Shown: positions 43,513 to 56,661, counted from the stretch's first letter. The stretch: DNA of 64,000 nt from Diplonema japonicum (GCA_964019335.1 OZ025664.1:310001-374000); one strand, 5' to 3'. Numbers and translations: made by a program. The notes: a model not told the origin generated them from the letters alone.

Positions 43513-44043
43513 AATTAGGGTGAAAAAAAAAAAAAAAAACGGAAAACAGTAGAAATGAGTAATGGGCAGACTATTGCCGCCACGGAGGGGAGACTGGTGT
43601 GGGGACGGGGAGGGGGAATAAACGAGAGGGCTGAACCTATCCTGGTCGTTTCGGTGTGTGTCAGGTGTTGTACCAGACATCTTTACCCCCCTCCCTCTCC
43701 TCCCTTACTTTATATTCCACCTGTCTTTTTTTTCTTTTTTTTTCCAGTGTTTCATCCAACCCCCAACCTCTTTTTTTTTTTTTTTTCCCCACCCTTGCAG
43801 AATGTAATGCTATTTTTCAGTATTTGAAGGGGAAAACAAAAGTTTTAAAGAAAGAAAAAAAAACGTTCCTTTTTTTTGAGTATCCCCCCCCCCTTTTTTT
43901 AGTGATTATCATCTTTTTTTTATAAGGGCGTGTTCCCTTCACCACTCTTATTTATTTTCTTTCCGTTTTTCTCTGATTTATCCCCCCCCCCCCCTCCAGT
44001 GCTTTGCGTTCAACGTTCATTTCAAGTTCCACTTTAAAAGAAA

Positions 44044-44646
44044 ATGGCATTTCCTGTAACACCTCATGTGTCGTATCATGGGGGGGATGGGAGAGGGCTG
44101 ACTTTGGTGCCCGTGGAAAAACAATATTACAATGATGACCGATCGTACAAAAGGGTCCCGCCTTCCTCCGCCCCACAGCAGGTACGGGGAGGCAGCATCG
44201 AGGACAGCATCGATGAGATGAAAAATCGCATGAAGGGCGTAAACCAGAGGCTTGGCGCTGTCGACGTAAAATTATATGAACGTGAAAGAGAAGAAGTCCA
44301 GACCGATTCACCTATGTACACTATAGCACGGAGCCTCGCCTCACCGTCACCCCGGAGGAACATGCCAGTGCCTGATCAGGACGAGCCACAAAGACCTCAA
44401 AGAGCTGTGCAGCCTCAACCTCAGCAAGATGAGGCCTCAGGAGCGCTTCAGGTGTACCAGTTCCGGCAGCACCTTCTCATGTCCAAGCAACACCAGCTCT
44501 CCAGCAAACAATGGGAGCGGCAAAAATACCTGGAGGCGGTCATTTCAAGACAGCAACAGCAACTCGACCACCTGACGCGGCAGCAGGAAGAGACCAACGC
44601 AGAGCTTACGGAACTGCGGAGACGACTCTCCACAACAACTGCTTGA
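44044..44646 (+). CDS. Hypothetical coiled-coil protein
   Basis: 200-codon ORF with Gln-rich heptads. Confidence 0.65.
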   Translation: MAFPVTPHVSYHGGDGRGLTLVPVEKQYYNDDRSYKRVPPSSAPQQVRGGSIEDSIDEMKNRMKGVNQRLGAVDVKLYEREREEVQTDSPMYTIARSLASPSPRRNMPVPDQDEPQRPQRAVQPQPQQDEASGALQVYQFRQHLLMSKQHQLSSKQWERQKYLEAVISRQQQQLDHLTRQQEETNAELTELRRRLSTTTA

Positions 44647-44769
44647 AAAGCTTTAATATAGAGATTTTCTTTCTTCTTCTTTGTTATTTAGAATAGATAC
44701 TTATTATAATATTCACCCCCCCCCCCCTTTTTTCTGTCTCGCCATAACGTTTTTTTTTTCTAGCAGAGA

Positions 44770-45174
44770 ATGTGGGTGAAACTTTTAGATGAGTTAGAGA
44801 CCTACAATCCTTTCAGCGTAGTCGACCCTGGTGTGTGGTGCCCCGATGGTGATGAGGTGGATAAAAGTGCAGTGAGCAAAGCGTTGTGGCAGCAGCGTGG
44901 TGTGTTGGAGAGGGCGAAGAAAGCCTACGCGGTGGTGTCCTGGAACATGGCGCCAGACCCGGAGAACGGTGTGGAGGGCCGAACGACAAGCTTCGTAAGC
45001 GAGACATCTCCTGACCGCACCTTGAGCCCCCTTCACGAGAAGCTCCGGAGTCTCTACTCCAGCTCAGACCCTTTCACAAAGATCCCTGTTGTCGTCATTG
45101 ATGCGGCGGTGCGAAGGTCTCATCATTATACTTACATAGTTTATGTGGATACTCCTTGGAGAGAAGACAAATAA
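44770..45174 (+). CDS. Hypothetical protein
   Basis: 134-codon ORF directly after a T-tract and AG, with coding-like composition. Confidence 0.55.
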   Translation: MWVKLLDELETYNPFSVVDPGVWCPDGDEVDKSAVSKALWQQRGVLERAKKAYAVVSWNMAPDPENGVEGRTTSFVSETSPDRTLSPLHEKLRSLYSSSDPFTKIPVVVIDAAVRRSHHYTYIVYVDTPWREDK

Positions 45175-45326
45175 AACGGGAGGGGGGATATTTTTAGTTT
45201 TTTTGAATACGGTTTTTTTTTTTTTTTTTTTTTCATTCTGCTTGATTGACAAACCTTCAAAAAAAAAAAAAAAGAAAGAAAGAAAGAGAGGGAGGCGGAG
45301 AGGGAGAGAAGAAAGAGGAGGGAGAA

Positions 45327-46094
45327 ATGAATCATTTGAAAAAGATCTCGAACAGCAAGACATGGTGCTTCATCACCGGGAAGGACCGGGACATCACCAG
45401 GAAGGGGAGGGGGATTTTCAAAACGAGAGAAAGCGACGAGCAGAGGGTGAGCTTCGAGGTGGGGATGATCATGGGGACGATGACAAGCTTGGGGATATCA
45501 TTGTACTTCTTAGACCCAAAGGCCGCACCAAACAGCAGCAATGGTGTAACAGCAGTAATGTGGCCAGAGCTCTCTGAGGCGCTGGAGGACAGCGTGTACA
45601 ACCAGCCCGATGGAGGGGAGAGTACGGTGAAACGCCTTAATGAGATTACATTTTCTACGGAGCGAAAGGTCTTTACCGTGCTCATGGGTTTCGCAATGTT
45701 CCGCTCCTCCCGGCGGTACTGGTCACGTAGATGGGGCGACATGGAGTGGCAGCGTTCTGTTATTTATATGCCGTGGACTTCATCCGTCGGGCTTGCCATG
45801 TACCTCCCCCTCTTCGTCTCCATCCCGTGCTTCACCCTTGGTTACACTTACGTTAACATGCCGCACTACAAGGAGTGGGTAAACGGTGGGTTTCGTGAAA
45901 TCCCTTCAAAGATGTGGAACAGTCTTTACGTATGGGCCAGAAAAAAAAAAAAAAAAAAAAAAAAAAACGTACAGTACCTCACCTACTCTTGGATTCTCTG
46001 TGCCTTTACTATGTGCTATGCCGTCCTCCCTTGCACTACCATTGGTGCTAGAGGTTGCGTGTGGTGGGCGGCCCGAAGGTCGTCAGGGATTTAA
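45327..46094 (+). CDS. Hypothetical membrane protein
   Basis: About 4 hydrophobic segments. The in-frame poly(A) intron 45930-45974 removes a poly-Lys insert. Confidence 0.7.
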   Translation: MNHLKKISNSKTWCFITGKDRDITRKGRGIFKTRESDEQRVSFEVGMIMGTMTSLGISLYFLDPKAAPNSSNGVTAVMWPELSEALEDSVYNQPDGGESTVKRLNEITFSTERKVFTVLMGFAMFRSSRRYWSRRWGDMEWQRSVIYMPWTSSVGLAMYLPLFVSIPCFTLGYTYVNMPHYKEWVNGGFREIPSKMWNSLYVWARKKKKKKKKNVQYLTYSWILCAFTMCYAVLPCTTIGARGCVWWAARRSSGI

Positions 46095-46124
46095 GATAGA
46101 AGGGGAGGGGTGTATGGAGTTGCG

Positions 46125-46163
<39 letters not shown>

Positions 46164-46335
46164 TCTTCCGCCCCCGACCGCGTAACGATTATAGAATTTT
46201 TTTCACAGGAGGGGGGAAACCAGAAAAGAAACACTCTCTGCCTCTCCAAACCCCCCCTCGGCATCCCTCACTTTGTGCAGTAGCAAAGGGACGTCGGCGA
46301 AAAATCCTGTTAGAAACCATAGATTAAAATTATGT

Positions 46336-49300
46336 ATGCTTGGGGGCGACGAGACTCCAAACGATGAGGCGACGCCTTCGCCGCCTCCCTCGCCACCACC
46401 GGTACAAAAGTCACCTCCCGTTTCCCCTATTAAGTTAGAGAAGTTGGTAGGAAGCGATGTTCCAGAACCACCCCCGCTTCCGGAGTATTTGAAGAAGGTT
46501 GTAATCCCTCCGTTGCCCCCTCTTCCAAGGTGCGATGATGAGGTCGAAATGCTGGATATGGCGAACATGCTTTCTTTTCAACTAAACCCAAGCAAAGGGA
46601 CTAACATAACGAACGGGAACAGAAAATCTTCAGAAGGGGGAATCATATCACCAGCACTGGACTCGGGGACGCAGTCATGCGTGGATTTTAATTTGCACGA
46701 CGACATATACGATGACGATGAAGATCAAGAGGAAAGGGGCACGATCCAAGTGAGCCTGCCCACAGCATTGCAGCCTAAGGACCCGTTTGTCCCAACACCG
46801 TACGCACCGCAGGAATTGTTCAACGATTCTGATAATAGATGTGGGAACGCGCTCAACCGGTTCTACAGCTTGCGGGACATCACGTGGTACGCAGTCTGGA
46901 AGCACATAGGAACTACCCGCAGTACTTACAACCTGCGCAGCAACCCTCTATGGATTATTCCTAAGACAAGCTTCATTCGCATCACAGCCATCAAGATTGT
47001 TGACTCCGCATACTTCCGATGGGCGGTGCTTAGCGTCATCATCCTGAATGCCTTTGCACTCGCGCTTGACATCCCAGAGACGAAGGACTATGACGGTGTC
47101 CAGGATTTTCTTCACTATGCCAATATCATTTTCCTCGTTGCCTTTACGATCGAGATGGTGATGAAGGTGGTTGCGATGGGTTTTCTTCTCAACGTGCACT
47201 CGTATCTCTCTTCGCCTTGGAACGCTCTCGACTTCGCATTGCTTCTTGCGGGCTACACGTCTCTTCACCCCTCCGTTGCGAACTTCACCGTCGTGAGACT
47301 TGTGAGGTTGTTACGGCCGCTGCGTACCATCTCCCGTGTGCCAGGGTTATCCGCACTGCTGAGCGCACTCTTCGGCGCGGTCCCGCACATGGCGAATATC
47401 TTGCTTCTCATCTCCTTCCTTCTCACCATCTTCTCCATCGTAGGCGTGCAGCTGTGGGAGAGCAGCTGGGACAACAGATGTTACGCCCTCGACGAGAGTA
47501 CCATGGAGCACCTGCTGATCTCAAACAGCACCCGAGGCTGCTCCATCGGCACTCACTTTTACGGTGCCCTGTCCTGCTCGGAGTCCGAGAACGGCGTGAC
47601 ACTGAACCAGACATGCATGCGGAACACCTCCCAGTTCCATGAGTCCACGCTCAACTTCGACAACTTCGCGTCTGCATCGCTTCTCGCTTTCAAGATCATC
47701 TCCCTCGATGACTGGCCAGTTGACCTCAAGCGCACGCAAGATGCTTTCGGGTGGTGGACCTGGCTGTACTTTTTCTTCCTCACGGTGTGCGGCAGCTTTG
47801 TATGTGTTAACCTGATGCTTGCCGCCATGACCATGGTGCTTGAACAGGAACGCAATGAAGACAAGAAGCGTGGCGCCCAAGAGGAAGTCAAGTCCATCGG
47901 CTCTGGAAGCCCACGGATGGCGACACCGCTGGAACTGCAGTTGACCGTGAGGAGCGACACAACCATCGCTAAGATCGACAGCGAGGCCTTCACTCATGAC
48001 GCCAAGGGCAAGAAAGACATGGGTTTTGAAGGCAGCACGCTTGTTGATGTGCCCAGTGGGATCCGTGTGACCAATATCGCGGTCTCAACTGTAACTTTCT
48101 CGCTAATGAGGCTCCCTACCGCTGTGTATTTGTCTGCTTGTTTGAGGGACCCCGAATGGAAGGGCAATAACATAGGCAGCAAGGGCAACGAAGATTGCCT
48201 GTCCGCCCTTCGAAGCACACTGCACCGCGTAAGGAGGTCCTCCGTCACGGGCTCGCAGACTTCTACATCACCCATCCCGAACAGGACACGCTTGCGACGG
48301 TCGCACACAAAACAGCATGTCATGTTTGCTGAGTATGACATCCCGCACTTGGACCTCACAGCCGAGGCAGCTGACGACGAAGTGAGAAGGCAGCAAGCTG
48401 AGCAACTTGAGGCGGAACTTCAAGATGACAGCTACAGGATAGCTCCGCCATCACCTACTAGAAAAACACTTTACAAGCCTCACGGTGATGCATGGGTGAC
48501 GGAAGGGGCTGTGCTGCGCATGGGGGGCGCTGGATCTAAGGTTGCCACAAAGCCATTAAGCTACTGGCGGAATGTTTTGCGAGCTGTGACAACGAGCAAG
48601 TACGTGTCACGGTACATGCTTTTCATCACGTGTTTCAATGTTACAGTGCTGTGCACGGATGCACACGGCATCAGCGAGGAGCGGGAGCAGTTCATTGAGA
48701 CAACGAACTTCGTGTGCAACATCCACTTCATGGCCGAGTTGGTGCTGAAACTTGCAGCCATGGGATGGTCAGAGTACCTGTCAGATAATTTCAACAAATG
48801 TGACTTCTTGTTAGTGCTCATTTCCATTCCTGAAATGGTGCTTGCGAAAGGCAGTGCGGCATCTGCGGTACGTGCTGTCAGGCTGTTCCGCTTGGCGAGG
48901 ATACTGCGCGTGGGTGCCAGGCTGCTCCCTAGACTGCAGTCACTGCGTGTGATTCTCGTGACAGTGATGGCCTCTCTCCGTGAAGCGGGCTACATCATGC
49001 TCGTGATGCTGCTGCTAATTTTCATCTACACCATCATCGGGATCCAGCTCTTTGCCAACTCCCTCCCTGAGGACGCCCGGAACAACTTCAACTCCCTCTG
49101 GGAGGGTGCCTTGACTGTCTTCGTCATTATAAGCGGTGAGCGGTGGGGGCGCATCATGAAAACTGCCATTGACAGCACATCCGCCGCTTCTGCCGTGTAT
49201 TTTGTGTCGCTCTTCATCTTAGGGAACTATATTCTACTGAATTTGTTCACATCTGTCATCATTTTCAATTTCAAGAACTGGCAGGACCACGAGGAGGGCG

Positions 49301-51309
49301 GTGATGCCACCATCACGAGAGCGGCGGAGCTGGCGTCGTCGTCTTCGCTCCTGCGCACGAAGATGGCACGCACAGTGCTGGCAAACCAATCAGACGCCGA
49401 CCAGCCGTTCTCGACACCCGCAGGGCGGCGAAACACACACCCCGATGACTTGACCTCGGCAACGACAAGCGGTGCGACGGCAGACCTCGTGACCTCCCCC
49501 AGTTCAGGCACCACCTCCGGACGGCGGGGCATAGCACCACTAGTGCTTGACAAGCACGACTCACATGGAAGGCTGACGTCTAACAGCGACACGAAGCCCT
49601 CGACTGACGTGTCGGAGATCCTGTCGAGGCAGACATCGGGCAGACTGCGAACAACCGACAAGTCTGTGAGCATGTTAACCGAGCGCGCGCCTGTATCGGA
49701 GCTGACGTGGGTGGAGGACTGGGGCATGCACGGGAAGGAAATGTCGTCCACACGGCTGGAGAAGCAAACGACGGACACCACTGTTGCATCACAGACTCAG
49801 GTACCGAAAGGGGTGTCCCTAGGCATCTTCCCGCCAGACCATCCTTTCAGGATGTTCCTGGCGAAGTTCGTCTTCCACAAGCAGTTCGACAACGCCATCT
49901 CGGTTCTAATCGTCCTCAACTGCGTGACGATCGCCCTCTCAGACCCTTGGTGGGACAGCGACGACACGCGCAAGCTTGCTCTTGATATTTGTGACTACAT
50001 CTTCACAGCGTTGTTCATTGTAGAAATGTGCGCCAAGATCATCGTTTACGGTCTGTGGGAGAAGTACGAGTTGGAGGAAGACATCGACGCTGACAGCGAA
50101 GAAGAGATGGATAACGCAGCACAATTGATCGAACGGGAAGAGGAGAACCAGCCGTACCTGCAGTGCACGTGGAACAAGATAGATCTGTTTGTGGTTTGCG
50201 TGGCTGTGGTTGGGTTATTTGTGAAGCAATTCAGGATATTCAGGTCCTTCAGAGCCATCAGGCTCGTCATACGCTCCGAGAATATAAAAATCGTGGTCCT
50301 GGCGCTTCTGCACGCCCTACCCACTATGGGGAACGTGGTGATGGTGATCCTCTTCCTGTTCATTGTGTTCTCAGCTGTTGGGATACAGCTATTCAAAGGC
50401 ACGCTGTGGCACTGCACTGACATAGTGTCAAATAAAGAACAGTGCAACGGAACCTACTATGTGGAGGTCATAGAGTTCGGAGCAACGGTTTTGGAGGAGA
50501 GGGAGAAGGTGTGGCAGAACAGTAGAACGAACTTCGACCACTTGGGTTACGCAATGCTGACACTGTTCGAGCTGGCCCTAGGCGAGGGTTGGGTTGATAT
50601 CATGTTCCAAGGCATTGATTCTCAAGACCCTGGAGACGGGCGCCGTGTCAACGCAAGGCCCTACAACGCACTGTTCTACGTGATGTTTGTGATGGTCGGA
50701 TCCTTCTTCGCAATGAACCTCTTCATCGGGATGCTTGTTGACAAGTTTAGTGAGATCACGCGGTACTACAACGGGCACATCTTTCTCACGCCCCAGCAAG
50801 TTACATGGGTTCAGACTGCTAAGGTTCTTCACCGGGCCAAGATAGCACCCAAGCCCAAGATGCCCTCAAACCCGATACAATGTGTGTTCTTCCACCTTGT
50901 AGGGCACCCTTGGTTCGACCCATTCATCACTCTTTGCATTCTCATCAATGTTGTCGCCATGATGGTCGTCCACAGGGGACAAAGCGACGAATTCACAGCG
51001 GTGCTGGAAATGGTGAACTTGGTGCTGCTGTGCGTGTACACTGCTGAAGCGGGTGCAAAGATAGTTGCATGGGGCCCTGCGCACTATGCCGGCGACAAGT
51101 GGAACAAGTTTGACCTCCTCATTGTTGTCGTTTCGTGGCTTGGGTTCGGTCTCCTAAACTCCTCCCTTGCATCTGTTTTCAGAATGCTCCGTGTGGGCAG
51201 GATGTTCAGACTTGTGAACAAGGCCAACGGCATCAGACAAATGCTGTTCACATTGTACTACTCGCTGCCTCCTCTACTAAATCTCTCGCTCCTACTTATG
51301 GTATACATT

Positions 51310-51340
<31 letters not shown>

Positions 51341-52463
51341 CCCCCCCACACCACAGGTTGTTCTCTTTGTGTATGGAGCCATTGGCGTGGAGCTGTTCGG
51401 TAAGGTGAAGCAACAAAAAGGCCTGGACGAACACCTGAACTTCTCATCAATGCCGAAAGCTATCGTGACTCTCTTCATCATTTCTACTGCTGAGACTTGG
51501 GTATTGGGGGGAAAAAAAAAGTACAAAACCTGTAAAATACAATCAAAACAGCCCGATGTGATGGAAGCCTGTAGGTACACTCCCGACACCTGTACGGATG
51601 ACTGCGGGACAGAGTGGGCCGTCCCATACTTCATCTCTTTCATGATGGTGGGATATGTTATCTCGCTGAACTTGTTCATCACGATCATCATTGAGGTTCT
51701 GGAACATCAGAGGTCGCAGATCGAGCTGCTGAACACAGTGGACAGCTTTAAGTACAAGTGGATGAAGTTCGACATTGATGCCAATGAACGGCTCACATGG
51801 CGGCAGCTGCTGATGATCCTCCGGGTGCTGCCACCCCCTGTAGGGATGCCCCTTCAGGCTAAAGAGGTCAGCAATTACCTCACTAGCCTGCGCATTCCTA
51901 TATCCTACGAGGGGCACGTTAGGTACATCGACGCGGTGTACGGCATCGCAAGGGTCTCGATGTCAATGGAAGCAGTCGAAGCCAGGCAACTTGCTGACAA
52001 AGGTTTCACAGGCGGTCCTTTGGTGTCTGGAATCGTAATTTCTTTACACCACATGTACTTCGTGACACTTGTACAGGTATGTTAAAAGAAGAAGGAAAAA
52101 AAAAAATTCCCCACACAGAAATGGTGGCGCGTGACGAAGATGAAGAGGCTGCTGAACCAAACAGTGTTAGAGGTGACGTCGCCGAGGAGCTCGAAAAGAT
52201 TTGTACCCACTCTCGTGATCCCGCCTAGGAGCTCGTTTGTAGAAGAAGAGGATGAGACTGGAGAGTGCACGCCAAATGAGGAATTTAAATTTGGCGAACC
52301 CGAAGGTGCAAGTTTGACAGGGAGTGAAGATGACGAGGAAGATTCTAGAGCATCGCCAAGTTCCTCCCCATTTATTGACATGGAGCAGGTTGACACAGCA
52401 TCCCACACTACAGCGTGTACTGAAGAGAGCAGCGATGATGAAGAGAGCTGCAAAAGATTTTAA
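46336..52463 (+). CDS. Four-domain voltage-gated Ca2+/Na+-family channel alpha subunit
   Basis: Four S1-S6 repeats with S4 Arg arrays. Pore loops SLDDW, SGERW, LGEGW and TAETW, then an EF-like C-terminus and an IQ-like LVQKWWR. Introns 51301-51356, 51501-51551 and 52077-52118. Confidence 0.93.
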
Positions 52464-53172
52464 GGGGGGAAAAAAAGTTTTAAAAAAAATTGTTTTTGCG
52501 TGTCATTTATTCTCTCTCTCGGGGATCTCACTCCTCCCCTCCCCCCCCCCGACGGGCCTTCCGCAAGTTAACCTCTATAAGGGGGTGAAGAAATTTGGAG
52601 GAAAAGAGAGGGGTGTACATTCCCTCCCTTTTCTTTTGCTGTCTTCTCCCTTTTTGTGTGTTTTTTTATTTATTATTATATAGTTCCCCCCCCCCTTTTT
52701 TTTTCTGATTCTGGTTTGTTGATTTCTTCTTTTTTTTTATTGCGCCCTTTTTTTGTTCCATTTTACTCTCTTCTTTTTTTTTCCTCAGTAAAGTAACAGC
52801 TTTTTCTGGGGGGGGTACTTTTTTTTAAGTCTAGGCTCAGGTGGGCCACCCCCCTTTTTTTTTCCTTTTTTTTTCAAGAACGAGTCTTTGGCTTGTTCTT
52901 TTTTAACAAAATGGGAACGTTGGCTTACATGTTCCTGGGGGTTATAAGTTTTTTTTTTTTTACCCCTTCTGGCACGTACAAACAACGACCAGTTCCTCTT
53001 TTTCTCCTTTTTGCTTTTTCAAACAACCCAAAGAACAAAAAAAAGTAAAGAACAAGGAAAGAATTGCTGATTAGAAGGAGAAAAAAAAAAAAAAAACGAG
53101 TCCATATATACCTAGCCTGAAATTTGTAGAATACAAAAAAAAAAAAGATTGGCGGGGAAAAAAAGGGCAAAA

Positions 53173-53234
<62 letters not shown>

Positions 53235-53700
53235 TTATTGGATCTTTTCAGTAAGAAATGGAAAAAGAAATATTTCCCCTTTTTTTCTTTTTTTTTGTTG
53301 GAAATAAGAAGGAAAAGAAGAGGGAGAAAAAAAAAAAAAAGAGATTTAAGAAAAAAATCCTTTCTGGACGGATACTGAGCAAGTATTCGCTGCTATGTGT
53401 TTTCTGTCTTTTTTTTTTTTTTCCCACCCTTCAAGAGCCCCTCTAAAGAGTTACTTTTTTGTTTTTCTTCCTTTCTCTTTTTAAGCCAACCCTTTAATGG
53501 AGGTATTTCCCTTTTTCTTTTCTTTTTCTCCCCCCCCCCCCGCTTCATGGGGTGTGTGTCACTTCTCCCCCATAGTTATTTCTTTTTTTTTTTGTTTTCC
53601 CCAGCCGTTTACTTATTTCTTGCTGCCTTGTCATCTCCCCGGGTTACCCCCCCAAAAAAAGAGAGGAAACATTTAATACAATTCAAAAAAAAAAAAGATA

Positions 53701-53757
53701 ATGTGCCGAGCGAGAAATTTAGAACAATTTTTTTTTTTTGTCAATTGCTCGTGCAAA
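53701..53757 (+). repeat. Bulged-C hairpin family, copy 3 (core only)
   Basis: Sequence tgtgccgagcga..ttgctcgtgca. Confidence 0.5.
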
Positions 53758-53948
53758 GGTAAAAAAAAAAACAACAACACAATAAAAAAAAATTATGAAA
53801 GTTTTTTTTTCTTTTTTTTCCATCCCCTTCCCTTCAACTTCAACTTCTGTGTATGGTTTTTTTTTTTTCTCCCTTCCCCCCCCCCCCCCCCCCCCATTCC
53901 CCATTCTAAACTCCACACAAAAAACTTCCCCCAACACAAAACAGACAC

Positions 53949-55514
53949 ATGAAAATCCAAAAGGTAGTGGATCTACTAAGGGAGTACGAAGAATTAAGCG
54001 ACGACGAGAAAACAACTCTGCTGGGAAACAACAACAACGACAAGCCAACAAAACGACGGTCGACTAAAGAAAGTTCCACTTACCTGGATGACAGCAACGC
54101 ACCATGGGGAAGCTACAAACAAGAATCCATGAGGCTAAGCAGCCCCTCCAGCTGGGCTATCCCCGTAGGCTACTTCTCAGTGGGCGTCGTTCAAACCCTG
54201 TTCCTTACCCCACTCACGTTCTACTTAGTGAAGGACCGCAACACCCCAAGCGACAAAATTAGCATGATAGCAACTGTGGCCAGCTTACCATGGTGCTTAA
54301 AGACCATCCACGGGGTGATAACAGATTGCTACCCAATACGAAACGAGCACCGACGGCCATGGTTTGTCATCGGCTGGGCTGGTTACACTCTGCTTTCCTT
54401 GTATCTGTCAATGTATGTGGACACAATGACGGTTCCTACAATACTGGCGTTTGTTTTCTTACAACACATGTGTTTTGTAATGGGTGACGTGACCGCAGAT
54501 TCCTTGGTGGTAGAGAGGTCAAAACTCATAGAAACAGATGGTCATCACGGTGATATGCAGTCTACGTGCTATTTGTTACGCTTTACCGGCGGGATGATCG
54601 GAAGCACCTGCGGGGCATACAGCCACATGACAATGGGAAGCGTGTTTCTATTATCCGCCGGTTTTGGGTCAGTCCCCGTCATCTTCGCGACGAAGCTGAA
54701 GGAAACGATCGGCCACAGCGAAATTAAACGCGGGCTACGATCCGAGTACCATGCCATACTGAACACGCTCTCGCAGGAGGCTGTTTACAAACCGATGTTC
54801 TTCATCTTCTTCTACAACATCATGCAGTGGGGCAACGCTGCATGGCCTAACTTCCTGTTGGAAGGCCTTTCATTTTCTGAGTCTGACCTCGGGATCATAA
54901 CTGTAGCAGGGTCTGTCATGAACTGGCTCGGCGTAGCAATGTACAAACAGAGAATGTCTAACATGAGCTGGCGCACTATATATTATGTTACATCTGCTGT
55001 CAGCTTCGTCTTCTCCATAATGCAGGTTGTTCTAATCTTGCGGTGGAACCGAACAGTTGGTGTGTCTGATCTTGTCTTTGCGTTGGGGGACAATAGTGTT
55101 GCAGTTTTTGTAGCAGCGATTCAGTTCCTTCCGACTGTTATAATGTACATATCTATGTGCCCTGCAGGGGCAGAGGGATCTGTCTACGCACTTCTGACCA
55201 CCATGTCGAACCTCTCCGGGGTTTGTGGTGGTAATATTACAACGCTTCTCGCCGCGATGTGGCCTTATGACATTTCCAACAGTGCGTTCCGCAAGGGAGA
55301 CTTCACTGGGATGCTCTACCTGAGCATCTTCACGTCGTTGGTGAACCCGATCCCCTTGGTCTTCGCCAGCTTCCTCCCTGCCTCTCATGATGAACAGCAG
55401 GTCTTGAAGACGGAAGGCACGTTTTCCCCTTTTCACGGTAGAATCTGTTTCTCGCTGGTACTACTGGCCGTTCTCTGGACCTTCACCCAAAACACCATCT
55501 TGGCTTTTGCATGA
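53949..55514 (+). CDS. Folate/biopterin transporter (BT1/FBT family, MFS)
   Basis: Motifs LPWCLK..G..TD..PI...RRPW, DVTADSLVVE and MCPAGAEGSVYALLT, with about 12 transmembrane segments. Confidence 0.9.
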   Translation: MKIQKVVDLLREYEELSDDEKTTLLGNNNNDKPTKRRSTKESSTYLDDSNAPWGSYKQESMRLSSPSSWAIPVGYFSVGVVQTLFLTPLTFYLVKDRNTPSDKISMIATVASLPWCLKTIHGVITDCYPIRNEHRRPWFVIGWAGYTLLSLYLSMYVDTMTVPTILAFVFLQHMCFVMGDVTADSLVVERSKLIETDGHHGDMQSTCYLLRFTGGMIGSTCGAYSHMTMGSVFLLSAGFGSVPVIFATKLKETIGHSEIKRGLRSEYHAILNTLSQEAVYKPMFFIFFYNIMQWGNAAWPNFLLEGLSFSESDLGIITVAGSVMNWLGVAMYKQRMSNMSWRTIYYVTSAVSFVFSIMQVVLILRWNRTVGVSDLVFALGDNSVAVFVAAIQFLPTVIMYISMCPAGAEGSVYALLTTMSNLSGVCGGNITTLLAAMWPYDISNSAFRKGDFTGMLYLSIFTSLVNPIPLVFASFLPASHDEQQVLKTEGTFSPFHGRICFSLVLLAVLWTFTQNTILAFA

Positions 55515-55521
55515 TACTGAC

Positions 55522-55558
<37 letters not shown>

Positions 55559-55615
55559 CTTGTTGTTGTTGTGTCTTGGGGTTTCTTTTTTTTTTTTTTT
55601 CTTGTTATCGTATTG

Positions 55616-55650
<35 letters not shown>

Positions 55651-55749
55651 GATTTTTTTTCTTCTCAGAATGGAGACATCATACGTTTAGGAGGGGAAAA
55701 GGGAAGAAGGAGGAGGAGAGGGGGGGAAAAAAAAAGAAAGTAAGATAAA

Positions 55750-56661
55750 ATGAATACGGCAAAAAGCAGCTTGTCGAGGCAGGCAAGGAACCTGAGCTGC
55801 ACGAATCCGTTGTTAAGACATCATGCGAGGAGACAAAATAAGGTTTTTTTTTTCTCTTTTTTTTTTTAAACTCCCATTCAACAGAAACATTTCACCAGTT
55901 ACTTCTTCAACCAATCAGCGGAGAACCCTGGCGCCAAAAGGTACCATTACAGGCCGAGCCCGCTACATGGGAATAAAGGCTTGCGTATGTTGATACTGTA
56001 AAATAAACAAAAAAAAATTTTTTTTAAAAAAAAAACAGAAAATTATATGCACGAAGAGCACCCTTGGGACTACTTCCACAACCACAGGCGTACAGGGATT
56101 TTTTCTGAGAAGGGTATTGCTGCTATAAAGTTTATCCCGTTCTCGAATAGGCTGCGAGGATGGATCACAGCGAGTCAAGGGATGGTCAGAGAGGAGGCGA
56201 GGCTGAGGTGCTACAATCCGTGGTGGTCTGGGGACAACAATTTTAACCCACCGCCGCATTTGATGCTGCCCCCCGGGTTCCGTACCATGACAGAGTTCCC
56301 CACCAGCAAGCACAGGGAGTACAGTCCTTGGCTAGAGATGCCCCACGTTCGGAGGATCGCTCCCATAGAAAACACCCCTGATATCCTTACAAAACACGCT
56401 GCTGATCGGGCAAAAAAAATGGATCTCCTCAAATTTGCTCTCGCCGCCTCTAACTTCCGTGTAACCGTCCGAGCAAAATTCGAGTCGAAAAATGGAGACC
56501 TTTTCCTTGGTGCGAAAAGGGAACACGCTTCTGGGCACAGCAAAGCCTCCGCAGGCGCATCGCCTTTGTACTCGTTCTGGGGGAAGCAGAAAGACGGGGA
56601 GGTCTTCTCGGGTGGTTCCGGGCCTGGCACGTACCCGAGACCGCATGATAAGCGTGATTAA
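55750..56661 (+). CDS. Hypothetical basic protein, probably mitochondrial
   Basis: ATG at 55750 with an Arg-rich leader. Introns 55843-55884 and 55985-56038 join it to the 56047 ORF. Confidence 0.7.
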
